Shown piece after piece: positions 1 to 8,247 of a DNA stretch of 32,000 bases (within the stretch, counting starts at the first letter, position 1; the number at the start of each line of letters is the position of its first letter). Source of the DNA: an archaeon (lineage in GTDB: Archaea; Nanobdellota; Nanobdellia; SCGC-AAA011-G17; GW2011-AR18); NCBI GenBank assembly GCA_023245565.1, contig JAHFKB010000007.1:2379-34378 (forward strand), in the 5' to 3' direction. Under the pieces are notes generated by a model. It saw nothing but the letters and a program-made list of their open reading frames with translations. It was not told the DNA's origin and did no database searches. A program made the position numbers and the translations under genes.

Positions 1-8
1 CTATATAG

Positions 9-16
9 TTTATAAA
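9..16 (+). promoter_or_regulatory. Putative archaeal TATA box for the AsnB-fusion gene
   Basis: 'tttataaa' is centred about 25 nt upstream of the ATG at 38, the spacing expected for a leaderless archaeal mRNA. Such matches are common by chance in DNA this AT-rich. Confidence 0.25.
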
Positions 17-37
17 GTTTTTTGATTTGATTTTAAT

Positions 38-2086
38 ATGTGTGGAATAGTTGGAGTTTATGGTAGAGAGAATGGTTCTGAATTAACTAGAAAAGGATTA
101 AATTTAATAAAATATAGAGGTTTAGATGGTGAAGGATTTTTTGAAAAAGATAACTTATTTATAGGACATTGTTTGCATTCTGTTGTTAGTAATATTAAAC
201 AGCCTTTTATTGGTAAAGGTGTTTTTGCTATAAATTGTGAGATTTATAATTGGGAAGAATTAGATAATAAATATAATTTAAATGCTAGAAATGATGCTGA
301 ATTATTTTTTTTATTATTAGAGAATTATGGTGTTGAAAAAACTTTAGAATTAATTGATGGAGATTATTCTGGAGTTTATTTTAAAAATAATAAAATTTAT
401 TTATTTAGAGATTTAATTGGTGTTAAACCTATTTGGTATAGTTTAGAAAATGGATTTGTTTTTGCCTCTGAGAGAAAAGTTTTAAGAGATTTAAATTGTA
501 ATGAGGTATTTGAATTAAATCCTAGAGAATTATTAATTTATGATATTAAAGAAAAGAAATCAGAAATAATTAATAGAGAATTTGGTTTTCCTTCTTTAAG
601 TAAATTAGATTATAAAGATTTAAAAAAAGAACTTATAGGATATTTAACTAATGCAATTACTAAGAGAATACCTGATGTTAAATTTGGATTATTATTTTCT
701 GGTGGAATAGATTCAACTATAATTGCTTTTATTTTGAAAGAACTTGGATTAGATTTTAAATGTTATTTTTGTTGTGCTGAAGGTGTTGGAGAAACTAAAG
801 ATTTATTTTATGCTGAAAAAATTGCTAAAGAATTAGATTTAGATTTAGAAGTCATTAAAGTTAGATTAGAAGATATTGAAAAAGAATTGGGAAATGTTTG
901 TAAATTAATTGAGTCTAATAATGTTACTAAAGTTTCTGTTGCTTTGCCATTTTATTTTTCTTGTAAAAAAGCTAAGGAAGATGGAGTTAAAGTTATTCTT
1001 TCTGGTTTAGGAAGTGAAGAACTATTTGCTGGATATGAAAGACATAATAGAAGTGTGGATCTTAATAAAGAATGTTATTATGGATTATTAAATATTTATG
1101 AAAAAGATTTGTATAGAGATGATGTTGTTACTATGTATAACAATATAGAGTTAAGAGTTCCTTTTTTAGATCTAGATTTAATAAATTTTGCTTTATCTAT
1201 AGATGGGAAGTATAAAATTAATGATGAAGATAATAAACTTATATTAAGAGAAGTTGCTTGTGATTTAGGTTTAAATAAAGAATATTCTTTTAGGAAAAAA
1301 GTTGCTGCACAGTATGGAAGTGGTTTTCTAAAAGCCATAGATAAATTAAGCAAAGGGAAAAGTAAATCTGATTATTTAGTTAATTTTTTTGATGAAGGAA
1401 ATGTGAAATTAGCTTCTTTATTTAGTTCTGGTAAAGATAGTTGTTATGCTATGTATATTATGAAAAAACAAAATTATGATATTAGATGTTTGGTTACAAT
1501 TAAGAGTAAAAATAAAGACTCTTATATGTATCATACTCCAAATATTGATATTGTTAAACTACAAGCTGAAGCTTTAGATATTCCTTTAATAATGCAAGAT
1601 AGTTTTGGAGAGAAAGAAAATGAATTATTAGATTTAGAGTTGGCATTACTTGAGGCTAAGAGAAAATATTTTATTGAAGGAATAGTTTTAGGTGCTTTAT
1701 TTTCTAATTATCAAAGAGAAAGATTTCAGATAATAGCTACTAAATTAGGATTAAAAGTTTTTGCACCTTTATGGCATAAAGATCAATTAGTTTTATTAAA
1801 CCAAATTATTTCTAATAACTTTGAGGTTATATTAGTTCGTGTTGCAGCTGATGGATTAGATAGGTCTTTTTTAGGTAAAAAATTAGATAAGGTTTTGATA
1901 GGTAAATTAATTGAATTAAATAATAAGACTCAGATTAATATTGCTGGAGAGGGTGGAGAATATGAAAGTTTAGTATTAGATTGTCCAATGTTTAAGAAAA
2001 GAATAGAAATTAAAGATTCTGAAGTCATTATAGATGGATCTAGTGGATTACTTAATATTAAAGATGCTAGGTTGGTTGAGAAGTAA
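38..2086 (+). CDS. Fusion protein: class-II (Ntn) glutamine amidotransferase + asparagine-synthetase-type PP-loop domain + C-terminal Dph6/MJ0570-like (DUF71, diphthine-ammonia-ligase-type) PP-loop ATPase
   Basis: Continuous 682-aa ORF. It starts 'MCGIVG', giving the catalytic Cys2 of Ntn amidotransferases. 'SGGIDS' at 698..715 is the AsnB PP-loop, and 'LRVPFLDLDLINFA' is an AsnB C-terminal motif. A second PP-loop 'SSGKDS' lies at 1424..1441, and 'GEGGEYES' at 1946..1969 is typical of DUF71/Dph6-type ATP pyrophosphatases. Confidence 0.85.
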   Translation: MCGIVGVYGRENGSELTRKGLNLIKYRGLDGEGFFEKDNLFIGHCLHSVVSNIKQPFIGKGVFAINCEIYNWEELDNKYNLNARNDAELFFLLLENYGVEKTLELIDGDYSGVYFKNNKIYLFRDLIGVKPIWYSLENGFVFASERKVLRDLNCNEVFELNPRELLIYDIKEKKSEIINREFGFPSLSKLDYKDLKKELIGYLTNAITKRIPDVKFGLLFSGGIDSTIIAFILKELGLDFKCYFCCAEGVGETKDLFYAEKIAKELDLDLEVIKVRLEDIEKELGNVCKLIESNNVTKVSVALPFYFSCKKAKEDGVKVILSGLGSEELFAGYERHNRSVDLNKECYYGLLNIYEKDLYRDDVVTMYNNIELRVPFLDLDLINFALSIDGKYKINDEDNKLILREVACDLGLNKEYSFRKKVAAQYGSGFLKAIDKLSKGKSKSDYLVNFFDEGNVKLASLFSSGKDSCYAMYIMKKQNYDIRCLVTIKSKNKDSYMYHTPNIDIVKLQAEALDIPLIMQDSFGEKENELLDLELALLEAKRKYFIEGIVLGALFSNYQRERFQIIATKLGLKVFAPLWHKDQLVLLNQIISNNFEVILVRVAADGLDRSFLGKKLDKVLIGKLIELNNKTQINIAGEGGEYESLVLDCPMFKKRIEIKDSEVIIDGSSGLLNIKDARLVEK

Positions 2087-2202
2087 TTTATATTTCCCTC
2101 TACTAATTGTTTTAATTAACCCTATTTTCTTATACCTTGACAAATATGCTGAAGGACTTTTATAACCTAAAATAATATAAATCTAAAAATTCTAAATATA
2201 CC

Positions 2203-2712
2203 ATGAAACTTAATGTTCCCTTAATTAAACAAGAAGGAAAATTAGATTGTGGATTTATTGCTTTGAGAATGGTTTTAGAATATTTTGGAAAAAATATCAG
2301 TTCTAAGGAAATAAGCAAGTTTACTGGAGGATTAAAATCTTATGGAAATAGTACTATCGAACTTGCTGAATTTGCTAGATCTATTGGTTTTGATGTTGAT
2401 TGCTTTACTTATAATAAGAAAATGAGTAATGGTAAAGCAGAATTTAGAAAACCTTCAAAAAAAAATATTATTGGTTTTTTAAATAATAAAATTCCAGTTA
2501 TTATAACTCTGCGTTCCTTTTTATTATTTGATAATAAACCTTCTAGTTCAGGACATTTTATTGTTATTAATGGATATTCAGATCATATGTTTTATTATGT
2601 TGATCCTTACGATGGTAAAGAACATGAAATTGATGAAGATAAACTTTTATTTGCTTGGCATAATAATATATTGAACTCAAGTGCTTATTTGTTAGCTATT
2701 AAATTTATTTAA
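2203..2712 (+). CDS. Stand-alone C39-like papain-fold cysteine peptidase
   Basis: 169 aa. Gln (2230..2232) and Cys (2248..2250) in 'QEGKLDCGFIALRMVLEYFG', His (2554..2556) in 'SGHFIVINGY', and 'VDPYDG' reproduce the Q/C/H/D layout of peptidase C39 / C39_2 domains. No fused ABC-transporter domain. Confidence 0.6.
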   Translation: MKLNVPLIKQEGKLDCGFIALRMVLEYFGKNISSKEISKFTGGLKSYGNSTIELAEFARSIGFDVDCFTYNKKMSNGKAEFRKPSKKNIIGFLNNKIPVIITLRSFLLFDNKPSSSGHFIVINGYSDHMFYYVDPYDGKEHEIDEDKLLFAWHNNILNSSAYLLAIKFI

Positions 2713-3054
2713 TTAGAAAGGTAAGTCATCTTCTGGGGATAATTCTTCTAAATTTCTACTAGGTTGATTTGAACTTGGAGGTGATCTATCAATCCCTTCA
2801 ATACTATCAACTGCATTCCTTAAATCAATAAAATAATTAGTAAGCATTACTGCATAAGGCGTATCTTTTCTTTTAGCATATTTATCTATAAATTCTTCTC
2901 TAATTTTGTTATCATTAGAATACTTAATTTCTTCATCAGATACTCCCTCTAAATATTTTAATAATTCATGATTTTTGCCATGGCTTTCTAATCTTTTATA
3001 TTCTTCAACTATTAATTCAATAGCTGCATCATGATCACTTGCCAAATCTCCCAT
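2713..3054 (-). CDS. Hypothetical small acidic protein with C-terminal '...SPEDDLPF' tail
   Basis: 113-aa ORF with no competing ORF, last in a minus-strand gene string. Predicted helical body followed by a Pro/Ser-rich linker and an acidic-hydrophobic C-terminus. I recognise no family. Confidence 0.45.
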   Translation of the reverse strand: MGDLASDHDAAIELIVEEYKRLESHGKNHELLKYLEGVSDEEIKYSNDNKIREEFIDKYAKRKDTPYAVMLTNYFIDLRNAVDSIEGIDRSPPSSNQPSRNLEELSPEDDLPF

Positions 3055-3107
3055 ACTTTTGGTTTGTTAACTTTATTTATAAATTTTGTTCTGCTATTAT
3101 GTATATT

Positions 3108-3380
3108 TTAAACTAAACTAAAGAAAGCTTTTTGTCCTAGATATATTAGGACTATTGTTGTTGGAATCCAGTGTGCAAAACTAAAGGCAGCTAATATTAA
3201 ATAAAATCCACAAACACTATCTAAGAAACTTATTATATTTCTATATAGTAAAGTAAAAACTAAACCTTTAATTATTAAATATAATCCCATTAATATTATT
3301 ATATTTTGAGGAAGTAAACTAGAACCTAATAAAGCAATTATTGCTAAGATATCTGCTATTGCTAGAATTTTAATTATCAT
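3108..3380 (-). CDS. Hypothetical small membrane protein (about 3 hydrophobic spans)
   Basis: 90-aa ORF made almost entirely of hydrophobic helices ('ILAIADILAIIALLGSSLL', 'IIILMGLYLIIKGLVFTLL', 'FYLILAAFSFAHWIPTTIVLIYL'). Confidence 0.45.
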   Translation of the reverse strand: MIIKILAIADILAIIALLGSSLLPQNIIILMGLYLIIKGLVFTLLYRNIISFLDSVCGFYLILAAFSFAHWIPTTIVLIYLGQKAFFSLV

Positions 3381-3424
3381 GAAATTAAATTTTAGAATTT
3401 ATTTATAATGATTGTTGTGGTTCT

Positions 3425-3772
3425 TTATAATCTTCTGTAAACTCTTTCTAGATGGTCTATAATATCTTTTATTTTATCTAAACCAACTGCATTTAATCTT
3501 CCAGGAGGGGTTTCTTTCATTTTAGTTATATTATTATAGGAATCTGGAATTTCTCTTTCTAATCTCATTATTGGTCTTTCTGAAGGTTCATTTCTTAATA
3601 AAGCTTCGATCGCACTTATTATATTTTTAATATTGTGATTGAATAATTGTTCTTTAGAAATATTAGTTATACTCATTCCATCTTTTTCTAATTGTTTTTC
3701 TGTTTCTGATCCTAAATTTCTTAATTCTTTTATTTTATCTAATACTTCTTGACTCTTATTTTGCATAAACAT
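3425..3772 (-). CDS. Hypothetical protein
   Basis: 115-aa ORF, charged and helical, same strand as prs and 33 nt downstream of it. No recognisable motif. Confidence 0.45.
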   Translation of the reverse strand: MFMQNKSQEVLDKIKELRNLGSETEKQLEKDGMSITNISKEQLFNHNIKNIISAIEALLRNEPSERPIMRLEREIPDSYNNITKMKETPPGRLNAVGLDKIKDIIDHLERVYRRL

Positions 3773-3805
3773 AATGTATTTTTATGATTTAAATATGTTT
3801 GGTTT

Positions 3806-4669
3806 TTATTTTAAAGAATTAGCTATTAAATTACTAATATCTATTTTAGCATGTGGGTTTTCTATTGTATTTGTTGTGTAAATTGTTGAATATTTTTTAA
3901 TTTCTTGATAAATTTTTTTATCTGCAAATATTCCATGTATTCCTATTACAGTTATAGATTTAGGTTTATGTATTTTTAAATTCTTTATAGCTTCTAATAT
4001 TGTATGTCCTGTTGAAATTATATCATCTATAATAATAATATCTTTATTTTTTACATCTATTGGAGATTTTAAAATTACTCTTACTTTTGTTGAAGAAAAT
4101 CTTTTTTTCTTAAATATAGCAGCATGTGCACCTATAGCTAAAGCAGTCTCTCTTGCCCATTGATAGCTTTCTTCATCAGGGCCAATTATTATTGGATTTT
4201 TAAATTTTTTAGCAATGAATTCTTCTATTAATCCATTACTTGTTAATTTTAATGTTTGAGTGTGAAATACTTCTTTTAGAGATTTAAATCTGTGCAAATG
4301 TGGATCAATTGTTATAACTTTATCAAATATTTCTAATAATTTTCCAACTATTTTACTTGAAACTGCTTCTCCTGGATTAAATCTTTTATCTTGTCTTATA
4401 TAAGCTAGATAAGGAGTAACTAATATTATTTTTTTTGCTTCTAATTCTTTTGCTGTGTGAGCTGCTAAAATTAATTCTAATATTGCTTCATTACTTGGAT
4501 GTAATGTTTGTATGAAAACTAATTCTTTATTTTTTATCTCAGTTTCAAACTTTATGTATAACTCACTATCTGGAAATTTTTTTACTGTAAGCTCAGAGTA
4601 TTCTACCTTTAGAATTTTAGCTATGTTTTTTGCTAAAATCCTTGAATTTGAACAGCCTATTATTAACAT
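3806..4669 (-). CDS. prs: Ribose-phosphate pyrophosphokinase (PRPP synthetase)
   Basis: 287 aa. 'VTPYLAYIRQDKRF' and the PRPP/ribose-5-P binding loop 'IIIIDDIISTGHTILEA' are hallmarks of Prs. The ATG (4667..4669) is separated by a single nt from the stop (4671..4673) of the upstream GT-C gene. Confidence 0.9.
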   Translation of the reverse strand: MLIIGCSNSRILAKNIAKILKVEYSELTVKKFPDSELYIKFETEIKNKELVFIQTLHPSNEAILELILAAHTAKELEAKKIILVTPYLAYIRQDKRFNPGEAVSSKIVGKLLEIFDKVITIDPHLHRFKSLKEVFHTQTLKLTSNGLIEEFIAKKFKNPIIIGPDEESYQWARETALAIGAHAAIFKKKRFSSTKVRVILKSPIDVKNKDIIIIDDIISTGHTILEAIKNLKIHKPKSITVIGIHGIFADKKIYQEIKKYSTIYTTNTIENPHAKIDISNLIANSLK

Positions 4670-4670
4670 T

Positions 4671-6161
4671 TTATTGTAGTTTATTATATTCTATTTCAAA
4701 CACTGCTAGTATTAAAGCGTTTCCAGATTGATAAACTTTCATTGGTTTTAAATAATTATATTTTAATACATTGTTAATGTAATTTGGATTTCCTGTAAAC
4801 ACAGATATTAAAATGTATTTTGGTTTTTCTTTTTGAATTAATGATATTAATTCTTCTTCTTTTTCTGGGAATGAAATTATTTTTCTTTCTGAGTAATATA
4901 ATAAGATTGGAGTATTACTTGTTAAAATTTTATCCTCTGAATTTGAATTTTCTTTTATCCAAATACCAGCTTCTTTTAATTCTTTGAAACTTTCAGCTTT
5001 AGGTTTTATTATATCTTCTGCTTTTTTTAATTGGGTGAATGAAATTACTAATAATAATAAAATAATTACTGCGTAAATTACACTTCTATTTGATGGTTTT
5101 ATAATTTGTTCTTTTATTTTATATATCCCTAAGGAAGAAATAATGAATAAAGGTATAAATGTTGGCATTATATATCTATCTTCAAAGTGACCAACGATTT
5201 TTATTATAACTAAAAAAGAGATTAATAACCATAGAAATATAAATAATTCTTTTTTTGTTTCATTATTTGGATTCTTTATTATCAAATCAATTCCTATTAT
5301 AAATTTTATTACTAATATAACTAAACTAATAATGAAGATTGCTAATAATAAATTTCCTAAATAAAATGGAAGATATTTTAAATATATTAAAATATTTTGT
5401 GAATAATTTGCAGTGCTGAAATTACCAACACTTAATCCTGTATTTACAAATTCTATTGGGTTTTTATATAATATTTGGTTTAATATAAAGTTAGGTATAA
5501 AAGTTATTATTGCTATTAGTCCAAAAATATAAAATCTTTTTTCTTTAAATAAGTTTAATCTTTCACTTATTAAAAGGAATATTAAATATAATATAAAAAT
5601 ACCCATAGTTTGATTATAAAACATTATACCTATAGATCCGAAGAAGGCAGAAAGATAGAATTTTCTATTATCTTTTTTATTTATGTATCCTTTTGTAAAA
5701 AAATAAATTGAAATTACCCAAAATGTTGGGGCTATTGAATCTAGAAGTATTCTTTCTGTATAAAATAAATTTAAGTAAAAAACAGACAATAATAAAGTAC
5801 TAACTATTCCAACTTCTTTATTAAATAATTCTTTTGTACTTAGATAAATAAAGACTAAACCTAGAGAAGAGATTACTATTTCTATTAATCTAAATATTAT
5901 TTCATAATTTAAACCAATTTTCATAAAAAATGCTAATATTATTGGAAGTAGTAAAGGACGAGAAGCTAGTAAGTCTATAGATCTAATTCCTGTAGCAAAA
6001 TATTTTGCCATTAATAAATATTCAGCTTCATCCCACCATAAAGGCTGAGCATAGGTTACTATTAAATAATAAATTCTTACTAATATACCAAATAAAATAA
6101 TTAAAACTATAGTTAGATTTGTTTTATCTTTTAAGAAATTTTTTATTTTATTTAAATTCAT
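4671..6161 (-). CDS. GT-C fold membrane glycosyltransferase, ArnT/PMT-like (GT39/GT83-type)
   Basis: 496 aa, polytopic. 'PLWWDEAEYLLMAKYF' directly after the first TM helix is the Asp-Glu first-loop motif of ArnT/PMT_2 enzymes. Soluble C-terminal region of about 110 aa. Confidence 0.7.
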   Translation of the reverse strand: MNLNKIKNFLKDKTNLTIVLIILFGILVRIYYLIVTYAQPLWWDEAEYLLMAKYFATGIRSIDLLASRPLLLPIILAFFMKIGLNYEIIFRLIEIVISSLGLVFIYLSTKELFNKEVGIVSTLLLSVFYLNLFYTERILLDSIAPTFWVISIYFFTKGYINKKDNRKFYLSAFFGSIGIMFYNQTMGIFILYLIFLLISERLNLFKEKRFYIFGLIAIITFIPNFILNQILYKNPIEFVNTGLSVGNFSTANYSQNILIYLKYLPFYLGNLLLAIFIISLVILVIKFIIGIDLIIKNPNNETKKELFIFLWLLISFLVIIKIVGHFEDRYIMPTFIPLFIISSLGIYKIKEQIIKPSNRSVIYAVIILLLLVISFTQLKKAEDIIKPKAESFKELKEAGIWIKENSNSEDKILTSNTPILLYYSERKIISFPEKEEELISLIQKEKPKYILISVFTGNPNYINNVLKYNYLKPMKVYQSGNALILAVFEIEYNKLQ

Positions 6162-6185
6162 ATATATTTTATTATTTTCTAGCTT

Positions 6186-7313
6186 TTATATTTTCTTATT
6201 TAATAATTCTTTATATACTAATTCTAATTTTCTAGCTATTTTATCCCATGTGAAGTTTTTCACTTTTTTATATCCTTTTTCTTGTAATTCTAGTCTTAAT
6301 TTGTTATTATTTATTAATAAAGATAATTTTTCTTTTAAATCATTTAAATCATTGTCTTTGAATATTAGGCCTGCTTTTTCTACAACCCATGGAAGGCCGC
6401 CTTGGTTAGTTGTTATTACTGCACATTTTTGCGAAAATGCTTCTAATAATGTTATTCCAAAAGCATCATAATGACTAGGATGAATGAATATATCAGCAGC
6501 ATTAAAAGCTTCCATTTTTTCTTTATCTGTTATTTTTCCATAAATAAATTTTATATTTTTTATATTTCTACCTTCTGATTTTAAATTATTTAGTTCTGGA
6601 CCATTTCCCATTATTATAAATTTTACATTTGGAAAGTATTTACTAATTTTAATAATTTGGTCAACACCTTTACTTTTATGTAACCTTCCAAAATAAAGAA
6701 TTAATAATTCATTTAATTTAAAATTATATTTTTTTCTAAAATTATTTCCATTAAATTGTTTAAGTTGCTCCTTTGGTATTCCATTTGGAATTAATTCTAT
6801 TTTTTCTTTTCTAATTTTAAATTTATTTTCCAACCATTTTACTTCTGGTTTAGCAACAGCTATAACTCTATCATATTTATTTATTAAGAATTTTCCTAAT
6901 GTTTTATCAAATAGAATAATAAAGATATCTAACCATTTTTTTCTTAATCCTTTGTATTCTGGCCAGTGAGTAGTTATTAATGTTGGTTTTTTTGTTATTA
7001 AACAAGCTAAATTATGTGGGTGTCTATAAGCATGAATATGAATAATATCTGCATCTGATTTTTTTACTTCTTTGAAAAATCCTGGGAAAAAAGAACTAAG
7101 ATCTCCAATCTTAAACCAAGTACTTAATCTTTTTATTTTTATTTTTTTGTATATTTCATCTGTTTTTTCTAATTTCCCTTCTCTGCTTAAGTTTGAAGTT
7201 ATAACTTCTATTTTATGACCTAATTTTATTAGTTCTTCACTTAAGTATAAGACGTGTTTTTCCATTCCTCCTTCTACAGGATAAAAAAATGGAGTTATAA
7301 ATTTTATTTTCAT
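6186..7313 (-). CDS. GT4-family (GT-B, retaining) glycosyltransferase
   Basis: 375 aa. It has the N-terminal 'FYPVEGGMEKHV' glycine-rich start and the E-x7-E region 'HPSHYDAFGITLLEAFSQKCAVITTNQGGLPWVV' typical of Glycos_transf_1. Confidence 0.85.
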   Translation of the reverse strand: MKIKFITPFFYPVEGGMEKHVLYLSEELIKLGHKIEVITSNLSREGKLEKTDEIYKKIKIKRLSTWFKIGDLSSFFPGFFKEVKKSDADIIHIHAYRHPHNLACLITKKPTLITTHWPEYKGLRKKWLDIFIILFDKTLGKFLINKYDRVIAVAKPEVKWLENKFKIRKEKIELIPNGIPKEQLKQFNGNNFRKKYNFKLNELLILYFGRLHKSKGVDQIIKISKYFPNVKFIIMGNGPELNNLKSEGRNIKNIKFIYGKITDKEKMEAFNAADIFIHPSHYDAFGITLLEAFSQKCAVITTNQGGLPWVVEKAGLIFKDNDLNDLKEKLSLLINNNKLRLELQEKGYKKVKNFTWDKIARKLELVYKELLNKKI

Positions 7314-7373
7314 ATTATCTTATTTTAATTATCTATTTTTAAAACTAGTGAATTCATTGGAAACATATTTAAA

Positions 7374-8246
7374 TTGTTAAATTTAGAAATTTCTATGGTT
7401 TTTGAGAATTTAGTAAAGCCTTGGGATGCAAAGAGGTTTCCATCAAAATTATTCTTCTTTGGAATTGTATTTTCTTTATTAGCTGTTGCTTTTAGTCTTT
7501 GGATATTTCCAGAACAAGTAAGTTTGGTTATGGTATTTTTGGTTGTTTTGATGACTATTCCTTTAATGTATTTTACTTTAATTGAAGAAGAGCAACAAGA
7601 TTTTAGGACAGATAAAGAGTTATGGTTATTAAGAGAACATGGTAAATCAATAAGATTTTTGATGTATTTATTTTTAGGTTTAGTAGTTGGTTTTTCTCTA
7701 TTTTATATTTTTTCTCCAGAAACTTTAGTTAATAAAGTTTTTAGTTTACAATTAAAAACTATTGAGAATATAAATAGTAATCCTGTAAGCGGTGGTGTAA
7801 TTTTATCAGATTTATTTTTATCTGTACTTACAAATAATCTTAAAGTTTTATTCTTTTGTTTATTATTTGCTATTTTCTTTGGAGCAGGTGCAATATTTAT
7901 TTTAGCTTGGAATGCTTCTGTTATAAGTGCTGCTGTTGGAACTTATGTTAGAAATGGTTTAGCTAAATCTGCTGCATTATTTGGTTTTAGTTCTATAGCT
8001 TATCATTTTAATTTATTTGTTGCTGGATTGTTAAGATATATGTTGCATGGTATTTTTGAAGTTGGTGCATATTTTATTGCTGGTTTAGCTGGTGGTATTA
8101 TTTCTATGGCAATTGTTAATAAAAATGTAAGATTAATAAAACTTAAAATAGTTGTAAAAGATTCAATTTTGTTAATTGCTATTGCTATAATTTTATTAGT
8201 TATTGGTGCATTAGTGGAGGTTTTTATTACACCTTTGATATTTTAA
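7374..8246 (+). CDS. SpoIIM/DUF95-family integral membrane protein
   Basis: 'LTNNLKVLFFCLLFAIFFGAGAIFILAWNASVISAAVG' and 'HGIFEVGAYFIAGLAG' match the conserved NN...G / HGxxE signatures of the stage-II-sporulation-protein-M family, which is common in archaea. The track start at 7374 is TTG. The in-frame ATG at 7395 (MVFENL...) is the more likely start. Confidence 0.7.
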   Translation: MLNLEISMVFENLVKPWDAKRFPSKLFFFGIVFSLLAVAFSLWIFPEQVSLVMVFLVVLMTIPLMYFTLIEEEQQDFRTDKELWLLREHGKSIRFLMYLFLGLVVGFSLFYIFSPETLVNKVFSLQLKTIENINSNPVSGGVILSDLFLSVLTNNLKVLFFCLLFAIFFGAGAIFILAWNASVISAAVGTYVRNGLAKSAALFGFSSIAYHFNLFVAGLLRYMLHGIFEVGAYFIAGLAGGIISMAIVNKNVRLIKLKIVVKDSILLIAIAIILLVIGALVEVFITPLIF

Positions 8247-8247
8247 A

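Noticed and set aside
1096-1353. 85-aa minus-strand ORF inside the AsnB-fusion gene
   Set aside because: It is fully embedded antisense to a motif-rich 682-aa CDS. It has a low-complexity Leu/Ser/Phe/Lys composition, typical of antisense frames in AT-rich coding DNA.
6250-6471. 73-aa plus-strand ORF inside the GT4 gene
   Set aside because: It is antisense to a well-supported GT4 CDS (it covers the E-x7-E region) and has no motif of its own.
7374-7394. TTG start of the SpoIIM-like ORF
   Set aside because: An in-frame ATG at 7395 follows 7 codons later. A TTG start so close to the divergent GT4 promoter region is less likely. The feature keeps the track coordinates, with this caveat noted.
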